From Eubacteriales bacterium (GTDB taxonomy: Bacteria > Bacillota > Clostridia > Oscillospirales > CAG-272): a DNA stretch of 64,000 nt. Below the pieces are notes generated by a model. It was not told the origin of the DNA and ran no database searches. It saw nothing but the letters and a program-made list of their open reading frames with translations. Location of the stretch: the NCBI GenBank assembly GCA_045543955.1, contig JAZPYB010000028.1, positions 46,172-110,171 of the forward strand. Reading direction: 5' to 3'. The position numbers and the translations under genes are program-made. The stretch's first letter is position 1, and each line of letters opens with the position of its first letter. Of this stretch, positions 40,741 to 50,800 are shown one piece after another.

Positions 40741-42357
40741 ATGAATAAGAAAATATTACTAATTTTGTGTGCGATATTTCTCCTTTGTTTCTTGCTATGC
40801 GCTTGCGGAGGAGATGGCAATACTGATACTGAAACAAGCACTGAAACAAATACGGAAACAGAGACAAATAAAGACACGTCCTCCAACGAAATCGACTATA
40901 CAGTCAAGGTTGTGGACTATAAGGGAGAGCCAATCTCTACTGGGCTTTTTGTTCAGTTTTACAAGGACGGAAAAGCTTTTGATTCAATGAAAAAGGCAGA
41001 CGCAAATGGTACAGTTGTGTTTAAAATGGAAAAGGCTGATTATACCTTTGAGGTTATTTATACGGATTCAGAAACCTTGACCTATGACAAGGAAGGCTGT
41101 ACCTTGACAGCGCAAAATCCATCAAAGGAGATTGTGCTATACAATATGCCAAGCGAGGATACTATCAAAATATTCCCTTATGATAGTAAAAAAGGCGACA
41201 CCTATGAATATGAGGCTGTTGTTATTAGCGAGGGCGCAACTAAGGCTACAATTGATGGTATGACCTACTATGTTTTCCGTGCTACACGCGGGGGAGTGTA
41301 CAAATTTAGCTATATTTGCGACGTTGCAATCAACATCGGTTTTTATGGAATGAGCGCGAATGTGTTAAGAGAAAACACCGCTGAAATTGAAAATCGTGCA
41401 TTCCAGCTTGAAATTAAGGACTCTAGTGCCTCAACTCCTGGTGGAGAAATAGTTATTGGTATTAAATCCTTGGCAACAGATAATTGTATCCTTACAGTTG
41501 AGAGAATCAGCGATGCTTCAAAGCCAATTCAGAGGCTTGAGTATCCCGCAAGTGAGGTTCCAAGCTCTAAAGTAAACTATAATTATTTAAATGGCGATAT
41601 TGTTGATTTAGATATAAAAAACCCTAATCTTGAGGTGGTATACAATGAGGATGATGGGTATTACCATCTTGGAACACTAGATGGCGATATCGTTCTTGTG
41701 AGAATCTCAACTCCAAGCAAATATATAGCTTCCTTTAAGGAAATGTGCGATGTTACTAAGCTCTTTAAGATATTTACTGACGAAAATGGTACTCCTTTAA
41801 GAGAAGAAACTTATAATGAAATGATTACAAAATATGCAGAAAAGTGCGACAACGCCGGAGTTGTTCCTTTGACTAAGGAGCTTGCATATGCTATTCAAAA
41901 TATTCTAGAACAGCAAGGCTGGTATGGAAACAACAACATCTTTAAGGAAAAAGAAACTGTTGACGACCAAGGAAATATTATTGAGGGCGAAAAAATAAGC
42001 ATTCCTGAAAAAAATGCATGGCTCTTTCCTTGCTGTATCTTGAAGGAAAACGATAAAGGTGCGCTTGACAAGAAAATCGTTGTAGAGGACACACTTGACC
42101 CTAAGCCAGCTATTGTTATAATGGACGGAGAAGAAACACTATATTTTAAGGCGAAAAATCAAGTCAAGGCTACATTCTTTATAGAAGATGCTAAAGATGT
42201 TAAGGTTTTGGTAAATGGCGCTGAACATATAGCCAATGAAAATGGTGTTATTGAGATAATATTTGAAGCGCTTGACGGAGCCATCGAATTTGAAATCGTT
42301 AACATAAGCAAGACATCTCAAGAGATTGAATTTACATATGTAACATATGTAGGTTAA
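40741..42357 (+). CDS. lipoprotein sharing a DGYYH...W..C domain with the upstream redoxin
   Basis: Lipobox LCAC, T/E linker, Ig-like N-terminal domain. Confidence 0.8.
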   Translation: MNKKILLILCAIFLLCFLLCACGGDGNTDTETSTETNTETETNKDTSSNEIDYTVKVVDYKGEPISTGLFVQFYKDGKAFDSMKKADANGTVVFKMEKADYTFEVIYTDSETLTYDKEGCTLTAQNPSKEIVLYNMPSEDTIKIFPYDSKKGDTYEYEAVVISEGATKATIDGMTYYVFRATRGGVYKFSYICDVAINIGFYGMSANVLRENTAEIENRAFQLEIKDSSASTPGGEIVIGIKSLATDNCILTVERISDASKPIQRLEYPASEVPSSKVNYNYLNGDIVDLDIKNPNLEVVYNEDDGYYHLGTLDGDIVLVRISTPSKYIASFKEMCDVTKLFKIFTDENGTPLREETYNEMITKYAEKCDNAGVVPLTKELAYAIQNILEQQGWYGNNNIFKEKETVDDQGNIIEGEKISIPEKNAWLFPCCILKENDKGALDKKIVVEDTLDPKPAIVIMDGEETLYFKAKNQVKATFFIEDAKDVKVLVNGAEHIANENGVIEIIFEALDGAIEFEIVNISKTSQEIEFTYVTYVG

Positions 42358-42421
42358 ATGTATTGCAAAAAATTCTAACAAATGCTATAATATTTTGTGA
42401 AATAAAATTGAGGAGGATAAA

Positions 42422-44566
42422 ATGAGTAAAAAGCTTTTATCTATTTTACTTGTTATGATACTCGGCATTGTGCTAGTATTTGCTTCATGTGGTGGAAATG
42501 GTGACACTAATACAGACACCGACACAAAAACAGACACAGAAACAAATACCGAGACTAATACCGATACAGAAACAACTACAGAAACAGAAACTGAAACTGA
42601 AACTGAGGCAAAAGAATTCATTTACACAGTTTATGTAGAAAATCAATTAGGGCAGCCTGTCGAGGGAGTGAATCTTCAAATTTGTAATGATTCATTCTGC
42701 CTTACATCTAAAATCACAGACGCAGAGGGCGTTGCAAAGTTTACCATCGACTTTGAGGATAAATTCAAGGTTCAAATCAACTCCGTTCCTAAGGAGGGCG
42801 GCTATATTATGCCAGAGGTAAACAAAATACCTTTTGAAGATGGCAAATCAACAATGGTAGTAATTATTGAACAAAATGAAACATATGTTGTAACTGCGGC
42901 TGACCTTCACGGCAAGAATCTTTCTGGTATTTTGGTTGAACTACTTGATGAATCAAAGAATGTAGTTGGTAGCATTGTTACCAAGGAAAACGGCGTTGCT
43001 GAATTTGTGGTTGCTCCCGGTACATACTATGCAAGAGCAAGTCACAGCGAGGGTAATGGTGCGTATAAGCTGATTACAATTGATGAAGAGGGCTTGGTTA
43101 ACTTTAAAGACACAAAGACCAAACAAATTCAATTTACAGTTGTTGATACACCAATTGACTATACTGTAAATGTTGAAGGCGCAAAATCAGACGTTAAGGT
43201 AATGCTTTATAATAAAGAATTAGACCTAGTGGACGAAAAGACAACATCAAACGGAGTTGCTAAATTCCAAGCTCCAAACGGCGACTATTTTGCAGTTCTT
43301 GATTCTGCATTGGGCACATATGCTAATTATGTAGAGTTTTCAAAGGATGGAAAAACAACAGGAGAAATGACCGTATCAGCTGATAAAGCAGGTAGCAAGG
43401 ACACACCAATCTTTTTGGTTGGGGATATTAATGTAACACTTGCAAAGGGTGAGTCTGTTTGGTATTTTATTCCTAATTCAAACGGAAAGGTTATCGAGAT
43501 CGAATCAGCAACTGCAAGCATCATATATAATGGTCTGCCAAAAAATCCTATTGATGGCAAAATAAAGGTGGATTTAAAGAGTGGAGCCGCTGTTAAGCTT
43601 TCAACCACAGCTGAAGCTGGCGAGACAATCACCGGTAAGGTTTATCTCCCTGGCTCACAAAAGACACCATATGAAATAAATGAAAGCGCAATCGGCGAAG
43701 GCTATAAGCTCACGGCTGATGTCGTTGAAAACGGTGCTGTTTATTACTCATTTGTTGCTAGTAAGGATGGCACAGTAAGAGTATCAAACACAACAGAAAA
43801 CGCATATATAACTATCAATGGCAACCCAAATAAAAAGTCTGTAAAAGCGGGCGATACAGTTGTTATCTGTTTAGCAACTCAAAAGGGTGCAGAAGGCAAC
43901 ATTGAAAGACCAGCAGCAAGCATTGAAGCAACGCTTACATTTGCTAAAACAAATGCAAATTATAATGTAACAGTTATTTTAGATAATGAGCCACTCAAAA
44001 ATGCTGAATTACAACTTTACAAGCTTGAAAACGAAAGCTATGTTGTATGTGGTGAAGGCACAGTGGTGTGTGATGCAAACGGAAAATACACATTTACAGG
44101 TCTTGAGGAAAGAGCAGATTACTACATAAAGGTAACATGTCCAGATGGTTATGAGACTGAAAAGGAATATATTCCATTTGGCGATGAAACAGACATCACT
44201 ATTTATGTTAATCACGAAAGAGATGGCAGCTTGGAGTATCCATTCCTTGTAAACGGCGACGAAAATACTTCTAGTACAACAGAAATAACAGTAGAAACAG
44301 GCAAAAAGGTATATTACACAATTTTCTATATTGCTGGTGCTACTATTTCAATAGATAACAAGGATGCGAAGGTTGAAATTATCGTTAATTCGAAAACAGA
44401 GGCTATCTTAACAGGCGAAACTCTTTCATATCAACTAGTTAGCTCAAGTGGCTCGGAATCAAGCAATGGTACAACAACAAGAGTTCTTATTCTTGTTTCA
44501 ATGGCTGACGAAACAGCGAGTGGAACAGTTAACTTGACAATTACAGCACCTGAAATAAAGGAATAA
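42422..44566 (+). CDS. lipoprotein with repeated Ig/prealbumin-like beta domains
   Basis: Lipobox FASC, (TD/TE)n linker, repeated T...GVA.F and GS...P units; own TTGCAA-N17-TATAAT at 42363-42391. Confidence 0.8.
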   Translation: MSKKLLSILLVMILGIVLVFASCGGNGDTNTDTDTKTDTETNTETNTDTETTTETETETETEAKEFIYTVYVENQLGQPVEGVNLQICNDSFCLTSKITDAEGVAKFTIDFEDKFKVQINSVPKEGGYIMPEVNKIPFEDGKSTMVVIIEQNETYVVTAADLHGKNLSGILVELLDESKNVVGSIVTKENGVAEFVVAPGTYYARASHSEGNGAYKLITIDEEGLVNFKDTKTKQIQFTVVDTPIDYTVNVEGAKSDVKVMLYNKELDLVDEKTTSNGVAKFQAPNGDYFAVLDSALGTYANYVEFSKDGKTTGEMTVSADKAGSKDTPIFLVGDINVTLAKGESVWYFIPNSNGKVIEIESATASIIYNGLPKNPIDGKIKVDLKSGAAVKLSTTAEAGETITGKVYLPGSQKTPYEINESAIGEGYKLTADVVENGAVYYSFVASKDGTVRVSNTTENAYITINGNPNKKSVKAGDTVVICLATQKGAEGNIERPAASIEATLTFAKTNANYNVTVILDNEPLKNAELQLYKLENESYVVCGEGTVVCDANGKYTFTGLEERADYYIKVTCPDGYETEKEYIPFGDETDITIYVNHERDGSLEYPFLVNGDENTSSTTEITVETGKKVYYTIFYIAGATISIDNKDAKVEIIVNSKTEAILTGETLSYQLVSSSGSESSNGTTTRVLILVSMADETASGTVNLTITAPEIKE

Positions 44567-44600
44567 TAAAAAAGGATGCCAAATTGGCATCCTTTTTATT
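44567..44600. terminator. bidirectional terminator
   Basis: aaaaaggatgcca-aat-tggcatccttttt between convergent genes. Confidence 0.85.
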
Positions 44601-46489
44601 TAGCTATTATGTGCTTTTTGAACCTCTGTTTCCAAGATGTCGGCAGTTATTGAGCCAAGCTTTGTGTATGTAATAACACCATCAGCATCAATTATTACAG
44701 TCATAGGATAAAGTCCGTAATTACTACCACCGAGCGCTTTATAGTATTCGTCAATTGTTTTTCCGGGAACATCTTGAGCAAATACCATTTTTGAGTCAGG
44801 ATAATTTGTTTGAACAAATGTAAATGCATCCTTGAAGCTCGGGTCGGTAGAGTGAATTTCAACTACTGTAACTGAACTTGAGTATTTTGAAGCAATATCA
44901 TCAAAATGTGGCATTTCAGCAACACAAGATGTGCATGTTGTGTACCAGAAGTTTATAACTGTAACCTTGCCGGTCTTTGTAGGGTCAATTTTTGTGTTTG
45001 AAAAACCGTTTTCATCAAATACATTTAATTCAATACTAGGGCAGGAGTCGCCAACCTTGTTGCCAACTGGTGGCTTTGGCTTGGTGTCTGTGTCTGTGTT
45101 GGATTCTGTGCTTGTATCGGTATCAACAATAGGAGGATTTTCGTCGTCTTCCCATAGCTCGTCATTTCTTATAACATTATAATAAACAAGAGCGCCTACT
45201 AAAACTACTGCCATAACCGAGCCGATAACAGTTTTTATAATATTGTTTCTTTTCTTTGTTTTTGCGTTGATTTCTTGTTGCTTTTCCTCGATGATTGCGA
45301 TTTCTTCGTCGGTTGCATCGTCGGGAATGTCAATTTCGTTAGGAGCAAGTAAAATCTTTGGTCCCTTGAATGAAATTGCTTTTGTAGGACAAACGTCAAT
45401 ACATTCGCCACAGCTGATACATTCACGGTCGCCAACGTGTCTAATATCCATTTCGCATTTCGCAATACAACGTCCACAGTTTGTGCACTTTGGTTTTTCA
45501 AGCTTGATTCCGAAGAATGAAATCTTGTTGAAAAGGCTATAAATTGCGCCCATAGGACAAATGAAACGGCAAAACGCTCTATATACAAATACAGAAATAA
45601 CAACAAAGCAAATGAATAAAGTGAATTTCCAAGTGAAGCCAGCGCCTAATATAGGTAATAGTGAATCAGGCTCGGCAGGTAACATACCAAACGCCGCCTC
45701 TAAAATGCCGGCTGGACATATGTACTGGCAGAAAATTGTGCCGATGCTGAGCGCTGCAAATATAATTGCAAGAGCCAGTATGACGTATTTTAAGTAAGAA
45801 AGAGCGCGAGTAACAGGGCTCTTTTTTAATTTAGGAGTCTTAATCTTGTGTAAAAGGTCTTGAACAAGACCGAACGGACAGAGCCAACCACATATAAAAC
45901 GTCCAAATATGAGTCCATATAGGAATATAATTCCAAAAATATAGAAGAAATAGTTTTTATCCTTTAGGCTGTTTTGAAGAGTGCCAAGAGGACAAGCGCC
46001 AATAGCACCAGGGCAGGAGTAACAGTTTATGCCAGGGGAGCAAATAAACTTTTCTTTTCCGCTGAACATGTTGCCTTGAATGTAGCCCTTGATGTTTGCG
46101 TTGAAGAGGAGAGCAGCATATAGCTGAATAAGTCTTCTCTTAGATGGAATAAGCTTTTTGAGAGCACCCAAAATGCGTTGCTTTCTTGTTTTGGGTTTTT
46201 CTACCTCGCTGATATCAACAACAACAGTGTCGTGAGCAATTGATACGTTTTTAACGTAGTCGGCAGCCTCCTCATCCTCGATGCGAGGTGCAGGCTCTGG
46301 AATTTTAAATTCAGTAGTGAAGCTATCGCTATAATCTCTAAACCTCAAGGAGTCATCGTCAATGTAATCCTTGATGTTAATGTTTATTAGGTCCTCGTCA
46401 TTATAGTGGGGCTTAACCTCGTTTAAATAAACGCCTTTATTTTCAGTAGGGATTAGCTTTAGCTTGACTTCGTTTCTTTTTCTAGCCAT
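44600..46489 (-). CDS. membrane 4Fe-4S protein (NapH/FixG-like) fused to a C-terminal TlpA-like redoxin
   Basis: CxxxCP motifs (CGWLCP, CQYICP, CRFICP), two ferredoxin motifs, a TM helix, then NFWYTTCTSC; GGAGGG RBS before ATG 46489. Confidence 0.88.
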   Translation of the reverse strand: MARKRNEVKLKLIPTENKGVYLNEVKPHYNDEDLININIKDYIDDDSLRFRDYSDSFTTEFKIPEPAPRIEDEEAADYVKNVSIAHDTVVVDISEVEKPKTRKQRILGALKKLIPSKRRLIQLYAALLFNANIKGYIQGNMFSGKEKFICSPGINCYSCPGAIGACPLGTLQNSLKDKNYFFYIFGIIFLYGLIFGRFICGWLCPFGLVQDLLHKIKTPKLKKSPVTRALSYLKYVILALAIIFAALSIGTIFCQYICPAGILEAAFGMLPAEPDSLLPILGAGFTWKFTLFICFVVISVFVYRAFCRFICPMGAIYSLFNKISFFGIKLEKPKCTNCGRCIAKCEMDIRHVGDRECISCGECIDVCPTKAISFKGPKILLAPNEIDIPDDATDEEIAIIEEKQQEINAKTKKRNNIIKTVIGSVMAVVLVGALVYYNVIRNDELWEDDENPPIVDTDTSTESNTDTDTKPKPPVGNKVGDSCPSIELNVFDENGFSNTKIDPTKTGKVTVINFWYTTCTSCVAEMPHFDDIASKYSSSVTVVEIHSTDPSFKDAFTFVQTNYPDSKMVFAQDVPGKTIDEYYKALGGSNYGLYPMTVIIDADGVITYTKLGSITADILETEVQKAHNS

Positions 46490-46500
46490 TGTACCCCTCC

Positions 46501-47325
46501 TTAAAATAGTCCGATGCAGCCGGAGCAAACCTTATCGCCTGCTAGACTAGCAACTTCTTTTAAATCATCAAAAAAGAATGATGTGATTATAAGACCTATA
46601 GCAACCACTAAAATAACGCAACGAGTGATTATAAGTATCTTTTTCTTGTGCTTTTCAAAGAAACAAGTTTTTTCTTCTTTTGCCTCAATTTTAGACACTG
46701 GATTGCCCATTTTCTTATTGTTTTCTATAATTAGCTTTATCGCTTCTAGCTCTCTTGAGTATGTGAAGTTGGCAAAAATAATATAAACTGCAATTACGAA
46801 AATCGGAATTATAGCATATGAAAGAGCAGTAGCGCATTGTGGCAAAAATTCAACAAGGTTTTCAGGGGATGTTGTCCTTAATTCACTGCCAACGAAGATG
46901 TAAAAGATTGCGGTTACAGCATTAATAACTGCATTGAAAATTGTTATAACCAAAAAAGCAACTCTAAAGCGCCTTTGGCTCTTAACAATGTCAACTAGCT
47001 GCTTAGGAGCCTCTTTAAAATTAATGCGCTTTGAAAGATTTTTTATAATATGCTTGTCCTCGATATTTGAGCGAAGCTTTTTGTCCTCTGCTGGCAAGAA
47101 AATATGCAAGCAAGCGCCACCAATAATAGCCAAAACGCACAATACGGTTGGGATTATTAAGGCAACAAAGTGAGACTTTATTGCTTCTGGTGTAAATGGA
47201 GAAGTTTCAGCGCTCTTGTAAATGTCTAGGCATGAAAGCGCAAAGCACACACCTAAAGCAACAATGAGCATTGAAAGGGCTACACCATAAATAATATGAA
47301 TGATTTTAATTCTTTTCTCAGTCAT
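46501..47325 (-). CDS. membrane protein with C-terminal CxxCIG motif (CD1871A-like)
   Basis: About five TM helices, ends KVCSGCIGLF; directly upstream of the 4Fe-4S gene; TTGACA-N17-TAGAAT at 47394-47366. Confidence 0.75.
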   Translation of the reverse strand: MTEKRIKIIHIIYGVALSMLIVALGVCFALSCLDIYKSAETSPFTPEAIKSHFVALIIPTVLCVLAIIGGACLHIFLPAEDKKLRSNIEDKHIIKNLSKRINFKEAPKQLVDIVKSQRRFRVAFLVITIFNAVINAVTAIFYIFVGSELRTTSPENLVEFLPQCATALSYAIIPIFVIAVYIIFANFTYSRELEAIKLIIENNKKMGNPVSKIEAKEEKTCFFEKHKKKILIITRCVILVVAIGLIITSFFFDDLKEVASLAGDKVCSGCIGLF

Positions 47326-47887
47326 CGCTTTCCCCTTGTCCTAATAATATAATACATTACACGTAATTCTATCATAAATTTTGCATATTGTCAAGTCAAA
47401 AACGACTATTTAGAATTTATTGGTAACAAAGCGCGTTAAAAGATTGCGCTTTTAGAAAGAAAAAAATCTATCGCGGGGTGAATATATGTTTCAATCTCCA
47501 AATTTTAAAAACAAACACTCCATCAAAGATTTTAATCAAAAACACACACAGGGTCGACATTTTTTGAAACTGAATTTTGCGATTGTATCTTTCAAGGAAA
47601 ATTTAAAAAATTGTAAACTTTTTTTAAAATAAAATGATAAAATAAGCCACTTTTCCAAAATAAAAATTATCTATAAATCTTGAAAGTGCCTGATACTATT
47701 AGCGTTTTACCACTTTTTTGCTTTATAAGGCTAAAGGAAAATGCCTTGTTTTTTTACTATCATCATATATTATTACTTTATACTACGATTTTTTCTACTT
47801 GAATTTTCTTTTTTAGTATGGTAAAATACTACCGTATGTTATGATTATATAATATAACCCGCAAAATAAAAGAAAGGCGAAAAATCA

Positions 47888-50800
47888 ATGAACAGAAAAG
47901 TACTGACAAGAACAACGACAATTATGATTGCTATTATATTGCTCGCTGCAACCCTCTTTTCACTTGCAATTCCTGTTTTTGGTCAAGATGATTCAACCTT
48001 TAATTCATCTTACATCAAGGATGTGTCAAATGAAATAAATATTGATGCAGAACAATATTTTGACAATTCAGTTGTTCAAAAACTTCCATCAAGTGTTAAG
48101 GAAAATGACGAGATCTCTGTCATTTTATCACTTGGTACAACACCCTTGCTTGATGCATATAAGCAAAAGGAAAGAGAAATCTCCTTCGCAGACTATGTTT
48201 TAAGCGAAGAGGCAAAGGGCATCGTGGCTGATATTGAATTCGAAAAATCGGCAATTATTGATGCACTTAATGAAAATGAAATCGATTTCGAGCTAGGAGC
48301 AGATTATACAGTCCTCCTTAGCGGATTTGAAATCGTAATCAAAGCAAAGGATTTTGAGCTTACCTGTCAAAGCACAAAGAGCTTCGCAAAGGCTATAGTT
48401 AGTGAGGTTTATAACGTTAGCGAAACAAAGCTTGTAGAAAACAGCGTTAATGTTTACGAAACCGGTATTTTTGACAGCTCTAGCTATAAATATGATGGAA
48501 CAGGAATGGTTGTTGCGGTTTTGGACACAGGTCTTGACTACACGCACCCAGCGTTTTCCGTTGACAGATTTACAGCAGATAGAAAAAAGCTAGGTCTTAC
48601 AAGAAATATGGTAGCTGAAAGACTTGCTATGACAAAGGCAGCTGCTATTTTGAATGGCTTGTCCGTTGACGACGTGTATTTAAATGATAAGGTTCCATTC
48701 TCGTTTGACTATGCTGACAGAGATGCTGACGTTTATTCGTTACATAACAATCACGGTACACACGTTTCGGGTGTTATCGTAGGTAAGGATGATACAATCA
48801 CAGGTGTTGCGCCAAACGCACAGCTCGTGTCTATGAAGATATTCTCAGATATTCAAGACTCTGCAAAGGCTTCGTGGATACTTGACGCACTTGAGGACTG
48901 CGTTGTTCTAAATGTTGATGTTATCAATATGTCACTTGGTACTGCTTGTGGCTTTAGCCGTGAGTCGGACAAGGAGGCAATGACAGGCGTTTATGACAAG
49001 ATTCGCGCACAAGGCATTAGCTTGGTTGTTGCTGCTTCAAATAGCTTCTCATCCTCCTATGGCTCTGAAAAGAATGGTAACTTAGGTCTTACAACCAACC
49101 CAGATACTGCAACCGTTGGCTCTCCTTCCACATATGAGGGTGCTATGTCTGTTGCATCTATCAATGGTGTAAAAACTCCTTACATTCTTTATAATGGTAG
49201 AATCGTTTACTTTGTTGAATCAACAAATAGCGCAGCTAAGGAAAGAAACTTCGTTGAGGACCTTCTCGGCTCTGGCGACGATGAGCAAGAATTTGAATAT
49301 GTTTTAGTTCCTGGCGCGGGCCGTAATGCGGACTACACAGGTATGGACGTAAAGGGCAAGATTGTTCTTGTAGAGCGTGGTTCAAACACCTTCGAGGAGA
49401 AGGCGAATGTTGCTGCAAGAAAGGGCGCAGTAGGTATCATAGTATTTAACAACGTTTCAGGTGATATTAGAATGAACGTTGGTACATCAAATCTTGCAAT
49501 ATGCTCAATTTCACAAGAGGACGGAAAGGTGCTAGCAGAGGCAGGCTCCGGTACAATTACAGTTAGCCGTTCACAATCCTCAGGTCCATTCATGTCAGAT
49601 TTCTCGTCATGGGGACCATCTCCATCACTTGGCATTAAGCCTGAAATTACCGCTCACGGTGGAAACATTCTTTCTTCTATTACAGGCGGCGGATATGACC
49701 GTTTGTCAGGTACATCAATGGCATGTCCAAACCTTGCGGGTGTTACAATACTTCTTCGTCAGTACGTTACAGAAAATTACGATAAAATCATCGGCGACAA
49801 TGAAACAAACGAGTACAAGCGCGAGGTGCAAATCAACGCTGCTGTAAACCGTTTGATGATGTCAACCGCTGATATAATCTACAATAAAAACGGTCTTCCA
49901 TATGCTGTTAGAAAGCAAGGCGCGGGCTTGGCTAACCTAACAAGCGCTACATTGACACGTGCTTACTTGCTTACATATGATAGACTCACAGGCAAAGCAA
50001 TGGATAAAACCAAGATTGAGCTTGGCGACGATCCGGAAAAAACAGGTGTATATACACTCAATTTCTCAGTAGTAAACTTTGGCAATACATATTATTCATA
50101 TGATGTAATCGCTTCTGTTTTAACCGAAGGGGTTAGTGATGTTAAGACTCACCAAGGACAAACAACTGTAACCGAGGAGGGCTATCTCCTTGAGGGCGCA
50201 AGCATTAAGGTTACTGCTAATGGTGGCACATTAATTAATAACAACATTACAGTTCCAGCAGGCGAAAAGGTTGACTTGACAGTTACAATCACATTGACAG
50301 AGGAAAACAAAAAGTATATTGACGACAACTTTGCAAATGGTATGTATGTTGAGGGCTTCGTTTCCTTGAAGCCAACTTGGGGCACAGATATTAGCCTAAA
50401 TGTACCTTATCTCGCATTCTATGGCGACTGGACAAAGGCTCCACTCTTCGACCTTGATTACTTCGAAACAAACGCAGATGAGCTTGACGATAATATTCCT
50501 ACACTTGATAAAACCTTGCCAGATGCATATGCAACACGTCCAATAGGTGGTATCGAGGAAGACTATGTAAGCTATCTCGGCTCATACTACTTCCTACAAA
50601 ATCCAAACAACAAGATAATTTCTGCAAGCAGAGATTACATTGCTATTTCAAATACAGTAGGAACAATTCACTCAATTAGATTTATATGGACAGGTATGCT
50701 TCGTAACGCAAGCAAGGTAGTTGTTACAATTACCGACGACGCAACAGGCGAGGTTGTATTTGAAACCGTTGAAAAGGATGTTCGTAAGTCCTATGGCGAT

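Noticed and set aside
42500-42606. Short tandem repeats as a contingency locus
   Set aside because: Degenerate in-frame Thr-Asp/Thr-Glu codons forming an ordinary lipoprotein linker
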